A DNA stretch of 64,000 nt from an uncultured Chloroflexia bacterium (GCA_963847375.1 CAWJZO010000001.1:1346124-1410123); one strand, 5' to 3'. Shown: positions 9,193-19,642, numbered from the stretch's first letter. Translations and numbers: made by a program. The notes: a model not told the origin generated them from the letters alone.

Positions 9193-10754
9193 GCCGGATC
9201 CTCGGTCTCGGGACGAGGTGGGGACGGGATCGTGAAGGCGAATCGGGCGCCGCCATCCGGCCGGTTCTCGGCCCAGATTCGGCCGCCGTGGGCCGCCACG
9301 AGGCCGCGCGCGACCGCGAGGCCGAGCCCGCTGCCGCGGACCGCATCGCCCCCGGGCGCGCGATAGAACGGCTCGAACAGGCGCGGCAGCGAGGAGGATG
9401 GGATGCCCGGGCCGTCGTCGTCGACGATCACCTCGAGCTTGCCGTCGCGTTCACGCGCCGAGAGGCGAACCGCGCCGTCCGGGACGGCGTACTTGAGCGC
9501 GTTCTCGACGAGGTTCGCGACGACCTGGTCGATCTCGACGGCGTCGAGATACGCCGGTGCCAGGTCATCGGGGACGTCGACCGTGATTCGAGCGTCTTCC
9601 CGACCGGTTCGGAGCCGCTCGGCCGCGTCGCGCAGGACGAGCGCGGGGTCGTGCCAAGCGCGGGCGGGGCGCAGCGTGCCGCCCTGGATGCGGCTGAGGT
9701 CGAGGAGGTTGCCGACGATCCTGTTGAGGCGCTCGGCCTCCTGCTCGATCGTGCGCGCGAAGTCCTCGCGCTCCGCTGCGCTCCAGGTCACATCGGCCTG
9801 TCGCAGGCTCCCCGCGGAGCCGATGATCGAGGCCAGTGGCGTGCGCAGGTCGTGCGAGACCGCGTCGAGCAGCGCCGACTTCAGCTCGTCGGTCCGACGC
9901 AGCACCTCGGCCTCGAGGGCCTCCTGGCGCAGGTGTTCGCGCTCGACGGCCAGGGCAATCTGGTCGGCGGCGGTGTCGAGCAGCCGCGTCTCGGCATCGG
10001 TCAGGGTGTCGTGCGGCCTGGGGAGGATGGCGAGCTGGCCGAGCGTCCCGCTGCCACGGCGGATCGGGACCCGGATGAGGCGCCCGGCTTCGCGCGGCGC
10101 CCGCGCGCCATGCGGTGCCGAGACCCGGATCAGGCGGCCCGCGGCGCCACCGGCCTCCGCCGTCGCCGATGCCCCGGCGGTGAGGACCTCGACTGCGGCA
10201 GGAGTGGCGCGCAGGGCTCGGATCGCCTCGGGGTTGCCGGCGGTGAGGCGGCCGGCGCGCGCGCCATCGTCGATCACGATTCCGACCCCCTCGGCGGACA
10301 GCTCCGCCGTGAGCCGCTCGCACGCCGCCGCGAGCGCCGCGGAAAGCGGGGTGATGGCCATGAGGTCCGCGAGGTCATGAAGGAGCCGCGCCTCGCGTTC
10401 CCGCCGCTCGGCCGCATCCGCGCGGTCGCGGACCGCGGCCGCCAGCTGCGACGTGACGACGGCAACGACGAGGAAGGTGAGGAGCGCCACCCACTCGTTC
10501 GGATCGCGCACCGTGAAGGTGAAGCGCGGCTCGACGAAGAGGAAATCGAACGTGAGGAAGGCCAGGATCGATGCGAGGATCGCCGGCGCCCGCCCGGCCA
10601 CGACCGCTACCAGGAGGATGGCACCCAGGTAGATCATCGACTGGCTCGTTAGCCCGAGCGGCGCCACGGCGGCAACGACCACGGTGGCAACGCCAACGGC
10701 GGCCACTGCCAGCCCGTAGCCAGCGGCGAGCCGCGCCAGTCGCTCGGGGATCAC
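9189..10754 (-). CDS. kdpD: sensor histidine kinase, KdpD C-terminal type (DUF4118 membrane domain, GAF-like, HisKA, HATPase)
   Basis: 521 aa. Four-helix membrane region, H-box SHDLRTPLASI, N/G boxes (NALKY, DDGPGIP, GSGLGLAVA). Lacks the KdpD N-terminal sensor, which is encoded separately at 1915-3099. Confidence 0.85.
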   Translation of the reverse strand: MIPERLARLAAGYGLAVAAVGVATVVVAAVAPLGLTSQSMIYLGAILLVAVVAGRAPAILASILAFLTFDFLFVEPRFTFTVRDPNEWVALLTFLVVAVVTSQLAAAVRDRADAAERREREARLLHDLADLMAITPLSAALAAACERLTAELSAEGVGIVIDDGARAGRLTAGNPEAIRALRATPAAVEVLTAGASATAEAGGAAGRLIRVSAPHGARAPREAGRLIRVPIRRGSGTLGQLAILPRPHDTLTDAETRLLDTAADQIALAVEREHLRQEALEAEVLRRTDELKSALLDAVSHDLRTPLASIIGSAGSLRQADVTWSAAEREDFARTIEQEAERLNRIVGNLLDLSRIQGGTLRPARAWHDPALVLRDAAERLRTGREDARITVDVPDDLAPAYLDAVEIDQVVANLVENALKYAVPDGAVRLSARERDGKLEVIVDDDGPGIPSSSLPRLFEPFYRAPGGDAVRGSGLGLAVARGLVAAHGGRIWAENRPDGGARFAFTIPSPPRPETEDPA

Positions 10755-10805
10755 GCGGTGACTCTACGCGACACCTTACCCAGGGTGCCGCACGGCGGAC
10801 GCGTC

Positions 10806-11156
10806 CTAGCCGGCCTCCGGCGCGACGATCACGCGCGGCAGCCCGGCACGCAGGGCGCGCGGCGGTCCGTTCGAGGGTCCCTCGACCGTCGAGTTGGGAA
10901 GGGCGTGCTCGTCGCGGACGAGCGGGCGGACGGTCGACGAGCTCTGGACGGTGTGGACCACGCGGATCACGCGGAAGAGCCGCTTATCGCCGTCATCGGC
11001 GATCCATTCGACCAGGTCGCCGGCGCGCGGCACCGGAGCCCCGTGCTCGAGATCTGCGGACCAGTCCTCGTCCTCGACGACCAGCGTCCACGGCATCAAC
11101 GAGGTCGGCGGTCCACCGCCCTCCTCGGGCCCGAGTGTCTCAGGCTGATCGCTCAT
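10806..11156 (-). CDS. hypothetical protein
   Basis: 116 aa ORF overlapping the upstream regulator stop. No family recognised. Confidence 0.4.
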   Translation of the reverse strand: MSDQPETLGPEEGGGPPTSLMPWTLVVEDEDWSADLEHGAPVPRAGDLVEWIADDGDKRLFRVIRVVHTVQSSSTVRPLVRDEHALPNSTVEGPSNGPPRALRAGLPRVIVAPEAG

Positions 11157-11523
11157 GGTCGTCGAGCACCCGGTGCAGGCGGCACGAGCGCTGCACGAGC
11201 GAGTCGAGCTCGGCCACGGAGAAGGGCTTGTCGCGCGCCGGCGAGGTCAGCGCGAGGATCCGGTCGCCGGTGAGCACGACGGTCGGGATGCTGGCCAGCT
11301 GCGGGTCCTGCGACATCGCGCGGGAGAGCTCGAAGCCATCCATGCGCGGCATGCGCAGGTCGGTGAGCACGACGCACGGGTGAGCGCCCTCGTGCAGCCG
11401 GTCCAGGGCATCCGTCCCGTCGATCGCGATCGAGACCAGGTGGCCCGATTCCGAGAGCGCGTCGATGTACAGCGAGCGGAGGCCCGCGTCGTCGTCCACG
11501 ACGAGCACCGAGTGGCGCTTCAT
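11140..11523 (-). CDS. single-domain response regulator (receiver only)
   Basis: VLVVDDD...VVLTDLRMPRMDGFEL receiver motifs. Start moved to ATG 11523, which follows a GGGGAG RBS. Confidence 0.75.
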   Translation of the reverse strand: MKRHSVLVVDDDAGLRSLYIDALSESGHLVSIAIDGTDALDRLHEGAHPCVVLTDLRMPRMDGFELSRAMSQDPQLASIPTVVLTGDRILALTSPARDKPFSVAELDSLVQRSCRLHRVLDDHERSA

Positions 11524-11736
11524 GACACTCCCCACTGACGAAGTCCCCCGTCGTGGGCGCAGCACGTGGCGTGCCGCTCGCGCATGGATGGATGGTCATG
11601 GTCACGGCTGGTACTCCATGCGGCCCGGGTCATCCCTCCGACCGGGACGACTCGGCTACTGACCCGCACGCGGTGCGGACCTAGCGTACCCCACGGGCGC
11701 CGAGCCGCCCTCTACACCGCACCGAGGGGTCCACGG

Positions 11737-12705
11737 ATGCTCGAAACCGGCGCACGACGGCCGCGACGCATCGTCGCCCGCACGCTCGGACTTGGCATCA
11801 GCACTCTCGTCGCCGCGGGCCTGGTGACCTGGACGCCGGCGGCGACGACCGGTTGGAGCCAGGGTGCTGCCGAGTCGACGCTGTGGCAGCTGATGAACGG
11901 CGCGCGTTCGAACAACGGTGTGGCGCCGGTGCAGCAGCACGGGACGCTCGTCGGCCTGGCCCGATGGCGCAGCGCGGACATGCTGGCGAAGGACTACTTC
12001 AGCCACACGATCGCCGGCTGCGGATGCCTGGTGTACGTCTACTACGACTCGAACGGCCTCGCCTACGACTGGGCCGGCGAGAACATCGGATGGAACTCCG
12101 GCCTCGCAGATGCTCAGTCGCCGGTGCGCGTCCACGAACAGTTCATGGGCTCCGCCGGCCATCGCGCCAACGTCCTCGACCGACGTTTCACCCACGGTGG
12201 CGTCGGGGCGGCTGCTGCCGACGGGAAGGAATTCCAGGGCTACGTCCAGGACACGCGCATGTACACCGAGCTGTTCATGGAGGCGTCGGGCGGGGGCTCA
12301 GCGCCACCGCCGCCGCAGCAGCCCGCCCCACCGTCGTCCGGCGGCGGAGGAGGCGGTGGCGCGTCGACTCCGGCGGCCCCGGCAGCTCCGGCGGCGCCGA
12401 AGCCACGGCCGAAGCCCGCGGAGAAGCGCATGGATGCCCCCACGCGCCCGCGCTCGTCTGAGGGCATCGATGGCGTCAATGTCGTCGTCTCGGCTCCGGC
12501 GAATCGCGTCCTCCAGCTCCACGTTCGCGTCGACGAAATCGCCGCCGCCCGAGCTGCCGCGCTGGACGTCAGGCAGCCGGTCGTCGCCCAGGCGCCAACG
12601 ACGAGCGCGGTCGCGACGCCGATGGAGGTTTCCGCGGCCCCGACGTCCGAGCCGGGGTTCCTCGATGGCGTCGTCGGCGCGGTCCTCGGGTTCCTGTTCG
12701 GCTGA
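11737..12705 (+). CDS. secreted CAP/SCP domain protein with Pro/Ala/Gly-rich linker
   Basis: Signal/TM segment, then CAP-domain motifs (YFSHT, GENIGW, GHRANVL). Start set at ATG 11737 inside the longer track ORF. Confidence 0.7.
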   Translation: MLETGARRPRRIVARTLGLGISTLVAAGLVTWTPAATTGWSQGAAESTLWQLMNGARSNNGVAPVQQHGTLVGLARWRSADMLAKDYFSHTIAGCGCLVYVYYDSNGLAYDWAGENIGWNSGLADAQSPVRVHEQFMGSAGHRANVLDRRFTHGGVGAAAADGKEFQGYVQDTRMYTELFMEASGGGSAPPPPQQPAPPSSGGGGGGGASTPAAPAAPAAPKPRPKPAEKRMDAPTRPRSSEGIDGVNVVVSAPANRVLQLHVRVDEIAAARAAALDVRQPVVAQAPTTSAVATPMEVSAAPTSEPGFLDGVVGAVLGFLFG

Positions 12706-12745
12706 ACGGCGTCTGCGGCGTCGGCCGCTGGCTAGACTGTCGGCC

Positions 12746-13492
12746 GTGCCCGTGATCCTCGAGGCCCGAGACCTCGTCAAGCACTATCCGCTCGGCGAGG
12801 GCGAGGTCACAGCGCTCCGCGGCGTCTCGCTGTCCGTCGAGAAGGGCGAGTTCGTGGCGATCATGGGCGCATCGGGCTCGGGCAAGTCGACGATGCTCCA
12901 CCTCCTCGGCGGCCTCGACCTACCGACGTCGGGCGAGGTCGTCATCGACGGGATCGTCATCTCGAGCCTCGACGAGGAGCACCGCACCCTCACTCGTCGC
13001 GCCAAGACCGGCTTCGTGTTCCAGTACTTCAACCTCATTCCGCTGTTGAGCGTCGCCGAGAACGTCGCGCTGCCGTTCCTGATCGCCGGGGACGCGGTGG
13101 CACGTCACCGCGAGCGGATCGACGAGCTCCTGGGCCTGGTCGGTCTGTCGGACAAGGCGCAGCATCGGCCGGATCAGCTCTCGGCCGGCGAGCAGCAGCG
13201 CGTGGCCCTGGCGCGCGCGCTGGCCACCGGGCCGGCCATCCTCCTGGCCGATGAGCCAACCGGCAACCTCGACTTCACGACCGGCACCGAGATTCTCGAC
13301 CTGCTGTGGGACTCGGCCGATCGGCTCGGCCAGACGATCGTGCTGGTGACGCACGACGCGCGGGCCGCCGCGTACGCCGACCGGGTCCTCGTCGTCCGCG
13401 ACGGCGAGGTCCGCGACGAGATCGCCCTCGGCCGTCGCAGCGACCACGAGGCGAGGCCGCTGATCCGGCGCCTCGCCGCCCTGGGCCTGTAA
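12746..13492 (+). CDS. ABC transporter ATP-binding protein (MacB/LolD type)
   Basis: Walker A GASGSGKST, signature LSAGEQQRVALARAL, Walker B ILLADEPTGNLD. GTG start at 12746 within a longer track ORF. Confidence 0.9.
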   Translation: MPVILEARDLVKHYPLGEGEVTALRGVSLSVEKGEFVAIMGASGSGKSTMLHLLGGLDLPTSGEVVIDGIVISSLDEEHRTLTRRAKTGFVFQYFNLIPLLSVAENVALPFLIAGDAVARHRERIDELLGLVGLSDKAQHRPDQLSAGEQQRVALARALATGPAILLADEPTGNLDFTTGTEILDLLWDSADRLGQTIVLVTHDARAAAYADRVLVVRDGEVRDEIALGRRSDHEARPLIRRLAALGL

Positions 13493-13498
13493 CGGCCG

Positions 13499-16036
13499 AT
13501 GCGCCTCTCGTCGTTCGCCTGGCGCGGGCTGCTCTCGCGCCCGCTTCGGACCGCGCTGGCCGTGCTCGGCATCGCGCTGGGGGTGGCGGCGGTGACGGCC
13601 ACGCTCGTCGTCGGCTCCGCATCCGAGCAGGCGCTCCAGAGCGCGACCGCCGACCTGCTCGGCCGTGCCGACGTCCGCCTGCGCGCGTTCGCCGACGAGG
13701 GTTTCGGCCCGCGCACCGTGCAGGCCCTCCGCTCGCTGCCCGGCGTCGTCGCTGCGGCTCCGGTCTCGGAGCGCAGGCTCACCGTCTCGACCGCGCCGGG
13801 CGAGGACGAGCGCGTCTTCACGCTGCTCGTGCTCGGCATCGATCCCGAGATCGATGCCGCCATCCGGCGGCCGAGCCTCGTCGACGGCATCGCGCTGTCG
13901 GCCGACGCTCCGACCGACGCGCTCGTCCCGGCTTCCTGGGCGGCACGCACCGGTCGCGAGCTGGGAGACACGCTGCTCATCTCCGGGCGTCGCGAGGGGA
14001 TGCCGGGGCTGCGGATCGTCGGGCTCATGGACGACACCGGACTCGCGGCGCTCGACGGCGGCGACGTGATCATCGCGTCGCGCGCGACCCTCGACTCGGC
14101 CTTCAGCGCGCCCTCGCCGATCCGGTACCTGGACCTCGACCTCGGCGACGACCCGACGGCCGCGGACATCGACGCCGTGACCGACACCCTCACCGAGCCG
14201 TTCGTCGTCGAGACGCCCGCGGACGCCGCGCGCCGGTTCGCATCGGCCCAGGAGGGGTTCGTCGGGGTGGCGCTCCTGTTCGGCGCGGTGGCGCTGGTGG
14301 TCGGCGCGTTCCTGGTCGGCAACGCGCTGGCGATGACGGTCGGGGAGCGAACGCGAGAGCTCGGGCTGCTCCGAGCGGCCGGCACGACGTCACGCCAGGT
14401 GCTCGGGATCGTCGTGCGCCAGGCGCTCGCCCTTGGCCTGATCGGCAGCGCGGCCGGGGTGCTCAGTGGCATCGTCATGGCCGGCGCGATGATCGGCTTC
14501 CTCTCGGCGACTCGAGCGGTCCTCGTCGTCGGCCTGCCACTCCCGATCGGCGGGCTGCTGGCGGCCTTCGCGCTCGGCCTCGCCGTGACGCTCCTCGCAG
14601 CCGTGGCTCCCGCCGTGCGCGCGGCGCGGCTCTCACCCCTCGAGGCGCTCCGCCCGCAGCGTCGCGCCGAGCGCGGCCTGACCGACCGGCTCCGGCCGCT
14701 CATCCTCGCCGAGCTGCTCGTGGTCGGCGTGGGCCTCTCGCTGGCCGCGCTCCTCGACGTCGGGACCGCCGTCGTGCCGGTCGCGCTGTCGCTCGCGCTG
14801 CTCGTCGGGGGCGCGGTGGCGGCGGCCTACGTCCTCGAGCCGCTCGGGCGCGTCGTCGGCCGGCCATTCGAATGGTTCTTCGGCGCCCAGGGTCTCCTTG
14901 GGCGGGCAAACCTGTCGCGCGACCGGGCGCGGACCGGGCTGACGGTCGGAGCGATGATGATTGCGCTCGCCGCCGTCGTGGCGCTGGGCACCGTCGCCGA
15001 ATCGGCTCGGGCCGCGACCGAGCAGCGAGTGGCGTCGATCCTGCCGGGCGGCCATGCCATCCGCAGCGGCATCCCGCTCGACACCGAGGCCTTCCGCGAG
15101 TCGTTCGATGCCACGCCCGGCGTCGCGATTGCGAGCCCCGTCCACGAGGTCGCGGTGGTCCGGATCACGCCCGACGGCCAGGAGGAGGCCACCGTGGCCG
15201 GAATCGACGCCAACGTCTTCGCCGACAACGATGCGCTCGACATCACCGGCGCAAGCCGGGGCGACGCGTTCGCCGCGCTCCGCAGCGGCGGCGCGGTCCT
15301 CGTGCCGGAGGCACTGGCCGAGCGGGCGGGGATCGAGCCGGGCGACACCGTCACCCTCGGTCCCCCCGGCGGCGCCGGCACCGACCTTCGGGTGGCCGGC
15401 ATCGTCCGTTACTCGCTGCCGGCACGGACCGACGAGGGCGCCTTCCTGGTGAGCAGCGCGGACGCTCGCGAGCAGTTCGGAGCCACGACGGCCTCACTGT
15501 GGATCATGGTCCCGCGCCCAGACGTCGCGCCGGCTGCCTTCACCGCCGCGGTGCGCGAGACCGCGGTCCAGCTCGCCGCCGAGCCGCTGACGGCGGGCGA
15601 CCTGGCCGGCGAGCTGTCGAGCACGCTGGACCGGCTCATCGGCCTTTTCGACGTCCTGGCGCTCATTGCCGTCGTCATCGCCGCGCTCGGGATCGTCAAC
15701 ACGATGGCGGTCGGCATCGGTGAACGGATGCGTGAGATCGCGATCCTGCGATCCCAGGGAATGACCGTCGGGCAGGTGCAGGCCATGGTCGTCGCCGAGG
15801 CCTCGATCATGGGCGCCATCGCCGGCCTGCTGGCGCTGGTGACCGGCGTGCTCGTGGCGTGGGCGCTCGTCGGCGGCGGTGCCTCGACCGAACTGGACGC
15901 CGGCCTGCGGCTGCCGTGGCCGCTGCTCATCGCCGTCGTGCTGGCCGGGACCGGGATCGCCGCCCTGGCGGGCCTCTATCCGGCGCGGGTGGCGGCCTCG
16001 CTGCCCATCGTGCCCAGCCTCAAGCACTTCGAATAG
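13499..16036 (+). CDS. ABC transporter permease, duplicated FtsX/MacB type
   Basis: 845 aa with two FtsX-like 4-TM modules and large periplasmic loops. Confidence 0.9.
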   Translation: MRLSSFAWRGLLSRPLRTALAVLGIALGVAAVTATLVVGSASEQALQSATADLLGRADVRLRAFADEGFGPRTVQALRSLPGVVAAAPVSERRLTVSTAPGEDERVFTLLVLGIDPEIDAAIRRPSLVDGIALSADAPTDALVPASWAARTGRELGDTLLISGRREGMPGLRIVGLMDDTGLAALDGGDVIIASRATLDSAFSAPSPIRYLDLDLGDDPTAADIDAVTDTLTEPFVVETPADAARRFASAQEGFVGVALLFGAVALVVGAFLVGNALAMTVGERTRELGLLRAAGTTSRQVLGIVVRQALALGLIGSAAGVLSGIVMAGAMIGFLSATRAVLVVGLPLPIGGLLAAFALGLAVTLLAAVAPAVRAARLSPLEALRPQRRAERGLTDRLRPLILAELLVVGVGLSLAALLDVGTAVVPVALSLALLVGGAVAAAYVLEPLGRVVGRPFEWFFGAQGLLGRANLSRDRARTGLTVGAMMIALAAVVALGTVAESARAATEQRVASILPGGHAIRSGIPLDTEAFRESFDATPGVAIASPVHEVAVVRITPDGQEEATVAGIDANVFADNDALDITGASRGDAFAALRSGGAVLVPEALAERAGIEPGDTVTLGPPGGAGTDLRVAGIVRYSLPARTDEGAFLVSSADAREQFGATTASLWIMVPRPDVAPAAFTAAVRETAVQLAAEPLTAGDLAGELSSTLDRLIGLFDVLALIAVVIAALGIVNTMAVGIGERMREIAILRSQGMTVGQVQAMVVAEASIMGAIAGLLALVTGVLVAWALVGGGASTELDAGLRLPWPLLIAVVLAGTGIAALAGLYPARVAASLPIVPSLKHFE

Positions 16037-16047
16037 GGAGCCAACCG

Positions 16048-16476
16048 ATGCCATCGGGATTTCAGCAGCTCAGCGCTGGCCGCGGGTTCGTCGGCCGGCT
16101 CGAGACGGGGAGCGATCTCGTCGCGGAGATCGAGCGCTACTGTGCCGAGCAAGGTGTGCTGGCGGCGCAGGTGACCGTCATCGGTGCCGTGCGTCAAGCG
16201 GCGTACGCCTACTACGAGCAGGGCGATCATCGCTACCTCGAACTGTCGTCTGACGCTCACCACGAGATCGTCGGCTTCACGGGAAACGTCAGCCTGCGCG
16301 ACGACCGCCCGTTCCTCCACGCGCACGCCACGTTCGCCGATTCCTCCGGTGCCTGCGTCGGCGGTCATCTCCTGCGCGGCTGCGAAGTCTTCGTTGCCGA
16401 GGTCATGATCCGCGAGATCACCGGGGTCGAGCTGGTGCGCCACCCCGACGAGGCAACCGGCCTGGCCCTGTGGTGA
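16048..16476 (+). CDS. PPC (DUF296) domain protein
   Basis: 142 aa. EIVGFTGNVS...PFLHAHATFAD...GGHL pattern of PPC/DUF296. GGGAG RBS before ATG 16048. Confidence 0.7.
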   Translation: MPSGFQQLSAGRGFVGRLETGSDLVAEIERYCAEQGVLAAQVTVIGAVRQAAYAYYEQGDHRYLELSSDAHHEIVGFTGNVSLRDDRPFLHAHATFADSSGACVGGHLLRGCEVFVAEVMIREITGVELVRHPDEATGLALW

Positions 16477-16894
16477 ACGCCCGCTGAGCGGGACCTTTGG
16501 GGGATGGCGCCGTGGGCCCCACGATCGCGATGCTGTCGATAGCGTCTTGCGGCCCACACGGAAGAACCGAAATGCCCGAACTGCTCGCACTCATCGGCCT
16601 CCTCATCGCCACCGTCCTCTACGCGCTGCTCGTGCGCCGGCGGTCGCTGCTGCGCCTCGGCGTCGAGAGCATGACCCGCGCGCTATCGGCCTCGAACGAG
16701 ATCGCGCTGGCGCGCGTGAGCCGTGGATTCCGCGCTCCGGCCCCGGTCAGCGAAGCCACTGAGATCGTCCTCGACCAGCGCTCCGGCACCGACCGCCGTC
16801 GCGTGTGGGACCGGCGACGGGGTCGTGGTCGCCGATCGGGTGGCGACCGCCGGCACCGCGCTTCATCGATCTAGGCTGCTAGCCTGCATCGGTC

Positions 16895-17269
16895 GTGACC
16901 GATGCGGACCTCGCCACCCTCCTCGAGCCACACTCGCCCGCGATCCATGACGTGTTCGGCGCCCTGCGCGCGCTCGCGCGCGAGGTCATGCCCGACGCGC
17001 AGGAGGAGGTCGACCTGCCCGACCGGGTCCTGGCCTACGGCTTCGGGCCACCCGGCGGCGTTCGGATGAGCGGCTTCGCGGTCGGGCTGATCCCGCACAC
17101 CGCCCACGTGAACGTCCAGCTCGCGGACGGAGCCCTGCTGCCCGACCCGGACGGCATCGTCGAGGGCACCGGCAAGCGCATCCGCCACGTGAAGTGCCGC
17201 TCGCTCGACGATGTCGCCCGCCCCGCGCTGCGCGCCCTGATCGAGGCCCAGGCCGGCAGCCGTCGCTGA
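16895..17269 (+). CDS. DUF1801 domain protein
   Basis: 124 aa with YdhG/DUF1801-like layout (FGALRALAREVMPDAQEEV...RHVKCRSLDDV). Confidence 0.65.
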   Translation: MTDADLATLLEPHSPAIHDVFGALRALAREVMPDAQEEVDLPDRVLAYGFGPPGGVRMSGFAVGLIPHTAHVNVQLADGALLPDPDGIVEGTGKRIRHVKCRSLDDVARPALRALIEAQAGSRR

Positions 17270-17310
17270 CGCCAATCCGCCGTCGATCGACGATCGCAGC
17301 CCGCGTTGGC

Positions 17311-17871
17311 TCAGCGGATGAGGGGCAGCCGATCTCGGGCGGCGAGTGGGTGAATCGGCATCCACCCTGGCAACTCGGGTCCCGCGCGGCGCCGCATGAA
17401 GCCGTACAGGGCGAGCAAGATGACAGGTAGCAGGAAGTCCCAGGCGAGAATCGGCCCCGCATTGTTCGGCGCGAGGTTGCCATTGAGGACCAGATCCGAG
17501 ACGTGGACCGCGCCTGCCGTCCACCCGAAGATCAGCTTTGCGACCAGGAATGGCAGCCAGAAATCGCGCCGCCAGAATCCCAGGAATCCGATGAGCCCGA
17601 TCGCGAGGTTCGCGCCGGCCACCTCCTGCTGAAACGGGCTGCCTGCCGCCCATCCGATCGAAGCGGCGGCGAGATCAGCCCAGATCGTGTGCACGAGGAA
17701 GCCGACGATGCCGTTGAAGCCGATGATGCCGACGCAGTACAGCAGCACGATCTCCACGGTTCGCGCGCCGTCGCGGCTCCGATCCACATTCAGATGGATC
17801 GATGAGAACACGCCGATGCTGACAAGCGGGACGAGCAGGTTCCACCCGGGGATGCTCATGAGAAGGTCCAT
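17311..17871 (-). CDS. hypothetical polytopic membrane protein
   Basis: 186 aa with 5-6 hydrophobic helices. No family recognised. Confidence 0.55.
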   Translation of the reverse strand: MDLLMSIPGWNLLVPLVSIGVFSSIHLNVDRSRDGARTVEIVLLYCVGIIGFNGIVGFLVHTIWADLAAASIGWAAGSPFQQEVAGANLAIGLIGFLGFWRRDFWLPFLVAKLIFGWTAGAVHVSDLVLNGNLAPNNAGPILAWDFLLPVILLALYGFMRRRAGPELPGWMPIHPLAARDRLPLIR

Positions 17872-18377
17872 GCGGGTGCCTCTTGCTCAACCCGAGGGTC
17901 AGGTGGCGTGCGGCTGGGCGGCTGGGCGAACTGGCTCGACCCGCGCGCCGATGATCGTCGACCCGGCCCTGATCAGGGCCTGACCAAGTCGCACGCGGAG
18001 CCCTGCGTGCGCGGGTCTGGGCGTGCCACCGGTCTGCCGCGTCGGCCGCAGGCGTCGCCGGCGTTCCTGGTCGAAGCGTTGGAACGCGCTTGGATACAAC
18101 ATGATCGTGATCACTTCTGGAACCTTCCTTCTCGAATCGGCTGGTTGCAGTGATGACTTGGAGTCAGCCTTCCGGAACATCCTGGGCCGATCGCCCCATG
18201 CCGCTCCAGTGGAGCTCGTCACCACTTCGCCTTGACGATCGTCACTCACTGTCCGTCGCCCCCGGCGCCGGTCGGTATCCGAGACGGCCGTCACCGATGC
18301 GAGAAGAGCGCCCCGACTCTTAGGTGGATGCGTGGGTGAGGAGCGAGAGGCGGGGCGTTATCCGCGGGGCCGACGCA

Positions 18378-18731
18378 TCAGCACGTGACGTGGAGGACCG
18401 CGGCGGTGGCTGGCTCGCCTTCGCGCACCAGAAGCTCGCATGCCTCCCTGGTCGGGATGGCGACGATCTCGATGCCGCGGCGCTCGGCTTCGGCGTAGAC
18501 CTCGGCCATCACCGGCAGCTGGCCGGATGCGCCGGTCCCGATGACCAGCCGAGCACCCGACCAGGGGATGGCTTCCTCGGCGGACAACGGGGTGTGACCG
18601 TAGCGAGCACGGTAGGCCTTCGACGGTCCCTTACGTCGCTTCCGGACTCGACCGCCCTCCACGACGACATCGTGGGTGAATCGCCTCCCGTCGATCTCGA
18701 TCTCGCCGAATGAAACGAGCTTCGCGTCCAT
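18378..18731 (-). CDS. Mth938-like (DUF498) domain protein
   Basis: 117 aa. FGEIEIDG..F.HDVVV...LVIGTGASGQLPV...GIEIVAIPT pattern. Confidence 0.65.
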   Translation of the reverse strand: MDAKLVSFGEIEIDGRRFTHDVVVEGGRVRKRRKGPSKAYRARYGHTPLSAEEAIPWSGARLVIGTGASGQLPVMAEVYAEAERRGIEIVAIPTREACELLVREGEPATAAVLHVTC

Positions 18732-18743
18732 CGTGGGTCCTCG

Positions 18744-19373
18744 TCAGGCGGCCGTGGCCTTGCCCTCCGCGCTGGCTGCCCCTGTCGTTCTCATCATCCA
18801 CACACCCGCCCAGGCGATCGCCAGGCCCAAGAGGATTCCACCGCTCAGGTACGCGATGCCGATCGGAACTCCGGACAGGAGGCCACCGATCAGGATCGCG
18901 ACGGCAATGGGACCAGGCAAAATGCGCGCGCGCCAAGTGGCGGCGCCGAACAGGGCCCATCCGAGCCCGAAGAGGATGAAGCTGGACACGCCGCCCACGA
19001 GCAGTCGGCCGCCAACCCAGGTGTCCATCACGTCCGGGGCGATCTCCGCGAGCCGTGGGACCGCGAACGCCTCGAACCACCAGTCCTCGGCCATGAAGGT
19101 CGTGCCGATCATGGCCGCGGCGAGAGCCACAACACCGAACGTGCTCGCGGCCCGCGCTTCGCGCTCGTAGATGGCGACGAGGGCGAGGGCGAGCAACGCG
19201 TAGGCCGTGATCGAGACGACGCTGTTGATCGCAAATGTGCCTGACAGAACGTAGACCTTGAGCGCGTCGATGTCGGCCGGCGTGAGCATCAGGATCCCAC
19301 GCGAGGCGACGACCAGGGTCCCGGCGACCAGTGCGATCGGGCCTGCGTATCGGGAAAGCGGCGACTCCAACAT
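18744..19373 (-). CDS. hypothetical polytopic membrane protein
   Basis: 209 aa with six predicted helices. No family recognised. Confidence 0.55.
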   Translation of the reverse strand: MLESPLSRYAGPIALVAGTLVVASRGILMLTPADIDALKVYVLSGTFAINSVVSITAYALLALALVAIYEREARAASTFGVVALAAAMIGTTFMAEDWWFEAFAVPRLAEIAPDVMDTWVGGRLLVGGVSSFILFGLGWALFGAATWRARILPGPIAVAILIGGLLSGVPIGIAYLSGGILLGLAIAWAGVWMMRTTGAASAEGKATAA

Positions 19374-19642
19374 GTCGGTCCTCCAGTGCGTTGTGCTGCA
19401 GGGGCCGGCGGCCGACGTGAGCCGTCAGTGTGCGGCGACCATGCGGCCGGGTCATGACCGTTCCGTCATGCAGCGCACTTCCGACGCTTGCTGGCCTAGC
19501 TGGAGTCAGGTACGCCTATCAGGATCTGCGCTTTCGGCGCGATCGCGAAGGAGGCGCCGAGGCCTTCCTGCGCTGTGGCGAAGGCGGATGAGGTCGGCGT
19601 GGAGGATGGGGCGCATCAATCGGGTGCCGGTACCATCGACGG

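Noticed and set aside
11566-11736. Possible c-di-AMP (ydaO-type) riboswitch in the 170-nt leader of the CAP-domain gene.
   Set aside because: Only short fragments (for example CCGAGGGGTCCA) recall the motif. I cannot reconstruct the pseudo-symmetric helices by eye, so a covariance-model search would be needed before any claim.
17899-18294. 131-aa minus-strand ORF between the membrane protein and the Mth938-like gene.
   Set aside because: It has an Arg-rich, low-complexity translation with no recognisable domain and no convincing RBS. It is left uncalled, and the region may be genuinely intergenic.
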